Assembly (NCBI GenBank): GCA_004764695.1
Contig: SMSO01000006.1
Location: forward strand, 1,565,859 to 1,629,858
DNA length: 64,000 bases
Direction: 5' to 3'
Origin: Schizochytrium sp. TIO01
Taxonomy: Eukaryota > Protista > Bigyra: Labyrinthulomycetes
The translations under genes and the position numbers were made by a program. The notes beneath the pieces are model-generated. The model did not search any database. It saw only the letters and a list, made by a program, of their open reading frames with translations, and had not been told where the DNA came from. Positions 57,029 through 64,000 of this stretch are shown in pieces; position 1 is the first letter of the stretch, and each line of letters begins with the position of its first letter.

Positions 57029-59487
57029 TCTCGTTTTCTTGAAAGTTCTTTGGAAGAGAACAATGTTATTATCGATGTAATTCGTGGATGAGTGAGTTCC
57101 GGGTTCTTAAAAGCGATCTGCGCTCTTCTCCGGCGATCTCAGACGCTTAGGTCGTAGACGGATATTGGGATCCTCGTCGCGCGAGGACCCGTCTTTACGT
57201 CGATAAAGCGGAGACCTGTGCGAGGAAAACGAGCTTTGGCAGCGGCTTTGGCGGCTTAGAGGGAAGCGGCAGCGACGTACTTCTTTTTCTCTATCATATC
57301 ATGTGAAAAAAATCAATTCTTCTTCATATCTATCATAATGACTTTGCATCGATTGAGGATAAAAGTTGTGCACTAAACTTGAACAAGCGAAAGTAAAGCA
57401 ACAAAGTCTCTTTTTGTGCGATTTATTCGAAGGTTTCTCTCGCTCCTTCGATGACGTGGCATTTAGAAGTCAAGGAAACGCTAGTATTGTGTCGGAATGG
57501 GGAAAGAAGAGGCGTAAGGATGGAAAGAGAGGCCAAAGGGCGATGAGGAACTTGGATGACGCAATGCGATGATTTTACAGAAGAATTGTTTTTCGACAAG
57601 ATGAAAGAAAAAAGAGAAGTAATTGGTTGCCTCTAAAACTAGATCAGAAGTAAAGGTGAGGGAGAGGGAGGCCGCAGAGGGGATGTGAGCAGCTGTGGGA
57701 GATTGGGGGAACAAATGGCTAAGAAAAGAGGGATAGCACGACTCAATAAGACTGCGACTGAAGCTGCCGTTACAAAGCAGTGGAAAAGTGTTGTAACTTA
57801 GTTTTATGAGGGTATTGAATGAAGCTATGTGTGACATTACCACTGCGACCAAAATAACTCAGTCGAGGCAGGAGAAGATAAATATTCACAAAAGTCACAT
57901 TCTCAAACAGGTTGGTGTCATGGATGTGCGTACTATGGTATTACGCACCAAAAGAAACTTTCACATTTTGATGAAAAGCATTCATTTTGATGCCAAACCG
58001 TGCTCAGACTTATTACACCAGGTCCTTGAAAATTACTAGTTTGTTAAACGTTGGGGATCAGGAGAGCTTATCAAGCGGTATTTTTTAATCTGGCTTGAAA
58101 GAAAGTGTCCTTCCACATGTATTACATTTATAATGCAGGGGTTGAATGAAGTCTAAGGCGGTGGCCTGCTGTCAATCTAAATCTTTAGCTGATTTGAAGG
58201 GTGTAGGAGCAAAACATTTCGTGGTTATCACAGCAACATCTATTCACTTACCTTGATGAAAAGTCGTTGACAATTTGTAGTCAAAAAACGCGCAGTGAAA
58301 AATTACACGCAAGACATGCATAAAGGCGCTGTAACGCGTTGTGACATGTTCTCTTGGTTATTTATTGGTACTCATGACGAGGAAATGCTGACTCTAAGAA
58401 CTTACACGCCTAAGACACCCGTGAAAATATGCAACACCTAGAGAAATGATTTCTTTGCGTCTGAAAAGGAAAAGTGGAGACGCTCCAGGTTATCCGAGGA
58501 CAAATGCTCGACTTAGACTCTTAAACGGAGGGATGAAAGGTCGGCTTCAGCCCATGGCAGTTCATGCCGAGGAGTTGCCATCTCTAAGGACCTCTAAGCC
58601 TACAATAACTGTAGAAAACATTCAACATCAAGAGAAATATTTTCGTTGTCTTTGAAGGAAATAAGGAAACGTAGAGCTCTCCATATTCCCTGAGGAAGAG
58701 AAGTTTACTCTTTAACAGAAGGTGAAAGGTTGGTTTCGGGGTGTCTTCGTAAATACATAATCAAGGAGGAAACTTTCACGTGTGTAGCAACAAAACAAAA
58801 ACCCAGTCAGGAGTACGTGAGTAGCAGTTCCGGGAACAGAGTTATTAAGTGAAGAAGAAACAGCATTTGGTTGGAAGGCGATGAACTCAGCGCCAAGGAC
58901 GCTGATCTGTTTGAGCAAAGCCTTACTCTAAAGGAAACGTAAGAACTTAATTCAGGAAGTGCTATTCAATGATTACCTATTTATGAGGTAGATTATATCT
59001 TTTTTAAAAGATTAAGCATTAGCTTATGTCAATGGTGCAATGCGGTTCTTATAATTAGGGTTACTCAAAGATAAGAATTTTATTGCAACAGATTAGACAA
59101 CAGGTTACCAAGATTACATTGGAAACTATGTGCAGGCAGTGACTACACCAGCGCACAAAGCTCATTCGCTATTCATAGGCTTTGTATAGCTCGACCTGTT
59201 CTGTAGTATCCCTCGGCCTTGCAAGTAACTTGCAGCAAAGGACAAGAAGAAGATATCTTTGTTTAAATGTCAAATATGGCCCATGGCAAACCAAGAAATT
59301 GTTGTGGTTTTATTGTTCAATTTCTTCAATATCCATTAATTTGACTACATGTATACTTGGTTTGAGAAATAAAAACCTTATTAAAATTCCCCATATTGGC
59401 TGTTTTTGTGAGTTCTCTTATCTCAGGAATATTCATGTATTCATTCATGTCTTCATGTAAATATAGTTATTCCAAAGTACTTTTGAA

Positions 59488-62400
59488 TTATTCTAAAATA
59501 AAGTCAGGACCAACAAGATCCGCTGTTAGCAGAGGTCCAAGCTGCTCTTTTAGAACACTTGAAAGGTCGTGAATATTTACACTCCAGTACTCACGAAGAC
59601 GATCTGCACGCAACAGGCGCCACGCTTTGCGGACCTGCTCAAATGAATCTGGGAAAAACGGATCATTACCTAATTTTCTTGAGCAGGTTCTTACATGGGT
59701 ATGACAAGCATCGCTATCCGGTGAGCTATACTCAAGACACCAAGCGCAAAAGTAGTGACCACATTTATCACTGCCACACTCCACTGCGCAACAGCCATCA
59801 AATTGATCGAAACAAGTATTGCAATGTGGGCAAGATGCATTCAGAATCTTTTCTTGGATATGCTTCAAGTGTCGCTCTGTGTCACGAGTCAGCCCGTCAG
59901 TCTGTAAGAATGTTTCCATATGCCTCCGGATCTCCTGCTCAGCCCATATTGCAGCTTCGTTTTCCGCCTTCATTCGCGCAATAAGCATAAGGTGATTTAG
60001 AGCATTTGGCGCCAAACGAGTGATCTCTTGACCCGAGATTCTTTTATCACACCCAGGCTTCATGCAAGCCATCGTTCCATCACTGTCCACGGATACACAC
60101 GCTTGAGGTTTTGCTGCGGCTTCTACCGAATGCGCGACACAATCCTTGCAAAGGAAGTCTCCATCCTCACAACTTGTTCCTTCGAATAGGGCGTTTTCCT
60201 CCATACACACAATGCACACTTCCACAGAAACCTTTGCAAATCCAAATGCCTCGTGCTGAAGTGCTTCCTGAGCACTCAAACGCGTATCAGGGTCTGTTGC
60301 TTTGAGAGAATCAATTAAGGTCTTCATCGTAATCGTTGGATCAGGATATAGATCCTCTAACACTACTCCCACTGAGTACATATCCATGGATGTTTTAAAT
60401 GCATTTACGTGCCCGCTTCGCAACTCAGGAGCAACATACCGAGGCGTTGCCTGAAGGGAGGTGTAAGTTGCGGTGCAGTCTGCGACTTTAATGCCATCGA
60501 AATCTCCAAGCAAAGGAGTTCCATTGCTTGTAAGAAAGATATTTTCCGGTTTGATGTCACAGTGGACAATTGAGTGAACATGCAAATCTGCAACGCCAAC
60601 GAGTAGACCCATGGCAAGGCGATCACGAACCATTTTGCCTTCACGAGGGTGCTCCGAAATCCACTGTGCTAGATCCCCTTGCTCATAGAAAGGCATCATG
60701 ATGCAGCCTCGTGGCATTCCATGAGACGTGTCCACGAAAGCACCGATGATATGGATCACATGCTGAGACACAATCTTACCCAGGTTTGCAACTTGCTTAT
60801 AGAAAGATGAGGATTGATTTGAGTTTGCAAGTTGAAATTGTTTCAAAACCAAGGTTTCACCAACGTTGTCAAATACCTTTTGCACCGTCTTTCCTCCTCT
60901 TGAGGCGAGAGGAGCCCCGTTGAAACGAAAATCTGAGACTGCAACATTGGCCAACCATAGATCTGAACGTGCCACCTCAAAAAGTCCTTCTGTATTGACA
61001 TGCAGTCTTTCTAGCCAAGTCTTATCTTTCAATAGCTCTGGATAATGATCTTCCGCATGTTGCAATGTCTCAGCAAGCTTATGTCGAAATCTTTTACTCA
61101 GATCAAAAGGAGTACCTTCTGAAAGAATTCGCTCTTGTTTTGCTATCCTCCGCCCAAAAAATTCTGTCGCTCCTTCTGAATCCTCCGCTTCGAGATTATC
61201 TCTGGCCTTTTTTAAGCTTTTCAGGCTTTCCATCGCTTTTCTCGAAGCAACAAGCTTTTCATACATTTTCTCTAAATGTAACAGATCTGGCATCTTGGTG
61301 CCTAAGAGGACGTGATTATACGTCTTGTTGAAGTTCTCCAGTGAAAGCCTGGCTGATATGCTGGAGTCAGAGCCTTCCACTGAAGTTTCCCGCCAGATGG
61401 TGCAATGTTGAATTAATATCAATGAGCATTTCGACAGCCTCTTCGTACAAGTTATCCTCGCTGAGGACGTTGAGTTCTTCTTGAAGAGCATTTCGAAGTT
61501 CTGACATCTCATGTGCTAGCTCAGCGAGCTTTTCGGGTTCTGTGACCGCAAGATAGAAAGTATCACCAAGCCCCAGCTTCGATGCTCGCAATACCACACT
61601 TTCTGCAGCTTTCTTGCTCAGTTCTCTAGTAGCATTGAATTGATTTCCATACTTCATCTTACACGATTCAACGCATTTGCCAGCGCGCTCCACCAGTCCT
61701 TGATAGTGTTTAAGCCCAACTTCATTTGCTTGATGAGCGGCTTTCGCATCATTTCGATTCAAATCATCCAAAAATAATGCAAGTCGTTTTTGGAAATCAC
61801 ATGCAGCAACCTCATCACGTTCGCAGCAATCTACACGAAGCCAAGGGTACACCTCCTGCAAGAGTGAGCGCAAGCCATCCCTGGCAGCATTACGCTCTTC
61901 AATGAGACCTTGCAATGCAGTTTGATGACTCTCTCTGATTTGCTTCTGAGAGGAATCTAAGCGTTCCTTTAAATTTTCAATGGAGTCAAAAGTCTGCCAA
62001 AGCTTCATTTGAGCAAAGTGACTTTGAATTGACGGCGCTATGAATTCCTTAAGCAAGGTAATGCCTTCTTCTTTATCTCTAGCAAGGCTAGTACGCTTGT
62101 TGGAGACCCCCTTAGCCAGTTGCATCACATCGGAAAAGCTTCCCGTGGCAATTTCCAGCAGTTCCCTGAATGAATGATAACACGAAGTATGAGTATTGAG
62201 CGAGTTAGGGCCCTATTGCACGAATGAATTTAAACCCATCGACTAACAAAGGATAATTGGACTAACGCACGCATATCCTACACTATCAACTTACTCCGAT
62301 TCAACCAAAGAAGTCTTTGCCGAGGTATATGGGGCCGTGTCTATAGAATCACTATTCTCTTCAGAAGAGCACACTTCGGTGAACAATTCTTCAGGGGTGA

Positions 62401-64000
62401 GTGTTCCATAGTCGTATCTACATTATATCACTCAAACAACCAGAAAAAAACTGTTAGAGTATTGATCCACGTTACTCCCAATAGAACGAAGAAAAACTGA
62501 AACGTGTTCCCGAGGCTAAGAACAACAGTATAATTAAACAAAACTTACTCGATTTGAACTGACGGGCATGCTTTGTACAGCACCTTCGCAAGGGCCTCCC
62601 AGCCCTCATCGTCAATGGGGTTACAAGCAAGACTGTGTAGTTGCCATTTGATACGTTTTCAGGACAATGTCAGTTGTGTTGTGTCAATCTAAATTCTCAA
62701 TTCTCAGCTGCACGATATCTCTCAGCATGTTGCCTGGCCTACATCTTCAGCATTTGCTCATCACTTTCACGTTTGCATTCTCCAGTGAGTATCCCCATAC
62801 GTTTCGATTGTGAGTCATTGCACTTGCCATGCGCTGTTGCAGTGCTTCATATCGTTGTTCTCAATGCAGTAAGCAGTGTATTCTCATCAATGTAACGTAC
62901 TCCAATGTTGTCAGGTTCTTGCAATGCTCCAGACCTTTGGCCAGTGCCTGACAACCTTCCCCGCTAATGTTGTTACGAGAAAGACTGTGTAGTTGCTTGC
63001 CATTGGATACGTTTTCAGCACAATGTCAGTTGTGTTGTGTCAATCTAAATTCTCAATTCTCAGCTGCACGATATCTCTCAGCATGTTGCCTGGCCTACAT
63101 CTTCAGCATTTGCTCATCACTTTGACGTTTGCATTCTCCAGTGAGTATCCCCATACGTTTCGATTGTGAGTCATTGCACTTGCCATGCGCTGTTGCAGTG
63201 CTTCATATCGTTGTTCTCAATGCAGTAAGCAGTGTATTCTCATCGCTGAAACGTACTGCAATATTGTCAGGTTCTTGCAATGCTCCAGACCTTTGGCAAG
63301 GGCCTTCCAGCCTTCATCGTCAATGCTGTTAGAAGAAAGACTGTGTAGTTGCCATTTGATACGTTTTCAGCATAATGTCAGTTGCGTTGTGTCAATCTAA
63401 ATTATCAATTCTTGACTGAACGATTTCACCTCAGCATGTTGCCGGGCCTGCATCTTCAGGATTTGCTCAACCCTTTGACTTTTGCATTTTCTAGTGACTA
63501 TGCCGATACTTTTGGATTGCGAGTCATTGGGCTTCCCAGGCGCTGTTGCTGTCCTTCATACCGTTGTTGTCTACATAATGAACAGTGTACTCTCCTCGAT
63601 GAAACGTACTCCAATATTGTCAGGTTCTTACAATGCTCTAGACCTTTGGCAAGAGCCTTCCAGCCTCCATCGTCGATGCAGACAATGCAAAGCCTATGTA
63701 GTTGCCATTTGATACGTTTTCAGCACAATGTCAGTTGCGTTGAGTCAACATAAATTCTCAATTCTCAGCTGCATGATATCACCTCAGCATGTTGCCTGGC
63801 CTGCATCTTCAGCATTTGCTCATCACTTTGACGTTTGCATTCTGTAGTGACTATGCCGATACTTTTCGATTGCGAGTCATTGCACTTGCCATGCGCTGTT
63901 GCAATGCTTCATATCGTTGTTCTCCATGTAGTAAGCAGTGTATTCTCATCAATGAAACGTACTCCAGCGTTGTCAGGTTCTGGCAATGCTCCAGACCTTT
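59488..64000 (-). CDS. 5'-partial multi-exon LRR - helical - protein kinase - RING1/RING2(Rcat) protein; exons >64000-63963, 63693-63610, 63340-63257, 62984-62901, 62632-62549, 62417-62295, 62165-59488 (frame break ~61349-61448)
   Basis: All six introns are GT(ACGT/AAGT)..AG and phase 2. Splicing reads ...KGLEHCQNLTTL-E-LCIVCIDDGGWKALAKGLEHCKNLTIL-D-LSSNSIDDEGWKALAKGLEHCKNLTIL-H-LSRNNISGEGCQALAKGLEHCKNLTTL-D-LACNPIDDEGWEALAKVLYKACPSVQI-E-YDYG...LVES-E-ELLEIATGSFSDVMQLAKG, in frame with ORF 61367-62128. ORF 59488-61512 then has kinase motifs (LVLK, HCDIKPEN at 60541-60564, DFD, YVAPE, DMYSVG), RING1 (CIVC..C..LCKDC..CMKPGC) and RING2 (CPHC..FDGCCAVEC..CGHYFCAWC..H..C). Confidence 0.85.
62549..64000 (-). 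repeat. Tandem array of ~353-nt intron+LRR-exon cassettes (4 full periods, continues beyond window)
   Basis: Exon 5' ends at 63693, 63340, 62984 and 62632 (spacings 353, 356, 352). Each unit is an 84-nt exon plus a 268-272-nt intron. Introns: 63694-63962, 63341-63609, 62985-63256, 62633-62900. Confidence 0.95.

Noticed and set aside
61385-61391. G_GGA_AAC slippery heptamer in frame at the LRR/kinase frame break (programmed -1 frameshift?)
   Set aside because: The kinase ORF is in the +1 frame. A -1 slip enters the third frame, which stops after ~27 codons.
62641-63753. Plus-strand ORFs within the 353-nt repeat; repeat as satellite, CRISPR or transposon
   Set aside because: These ORFs are antisense to intron sequence. 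The repeat is fully explained by minus-strand GT-AG introns plus 84-nt LRR exons, and there is no repeat-spacer structure or terminal repeats.
89-64000. HECT E3, E2 and RING/Rcat genes as a ubiquitin gene cluster
   Set aside because: They are separated by unrelated housekeeping genes, and ubiquitin-system genes are abundant in eukaryotes, so co-occurrence is expected by chance.

Overview
This is a eukaryotic (protist) nuclear genome segment: gene-dense, with mostly intron-less CDSs plus GT-AG spliceosomal introns (GTACGT/GTAAGT donors, CTAAC-like branch sites). A stramenopile such as a thraustochytrid is my guess from gene content and style; it is not proven. In order, the window holds: a ~5,585-aa multidomain RCC1/SPRY/HECT E3 ligase; two paralogous MYND-zinc-finger/aspartyl-beta-hydroxylase genes flanking a small HNH-like gene (the second paralog appears to have lost an Fe ligand); a mercaptopyruvate sulfurtransferase; a DHRS4-like SDR; a small Rpa14-like ORF; a large secreted Gly-rich protein with a split GH43-like domain; a motif-repeat protein; the NatB auxiliary subunit; a secreted hypothetical; a 5-exon topoisomerase VI subunit B; a two-TM protein with ~25 copies of a 13-aa E/A/K repeat; a decayed acidic CDS; and a UBE2H/Ubc8-like E2. 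The main finding is at the right end and is missed by the ORF track. The ~353-nt tandem repeat at 62549-64000 is an array of [intron + 84-nt phase-2 exon] cassettes, each exon encoding one 28-aa RI-like leucine-rich repeat. These splice in frame into a helical region that precedes a protein kinase and a RING1/RING2(Rcat) ubiquitin-ligase module, with one frame break at ~61390. Two neighbouring introns are ~98% identical while the adjacent exons differ ~17%, concentrated in the N-terminal half of each LRR that includes the exposed strand. This is a candidate exon-cassette-diversified LRR-kinase-E3 immune-like receptor.
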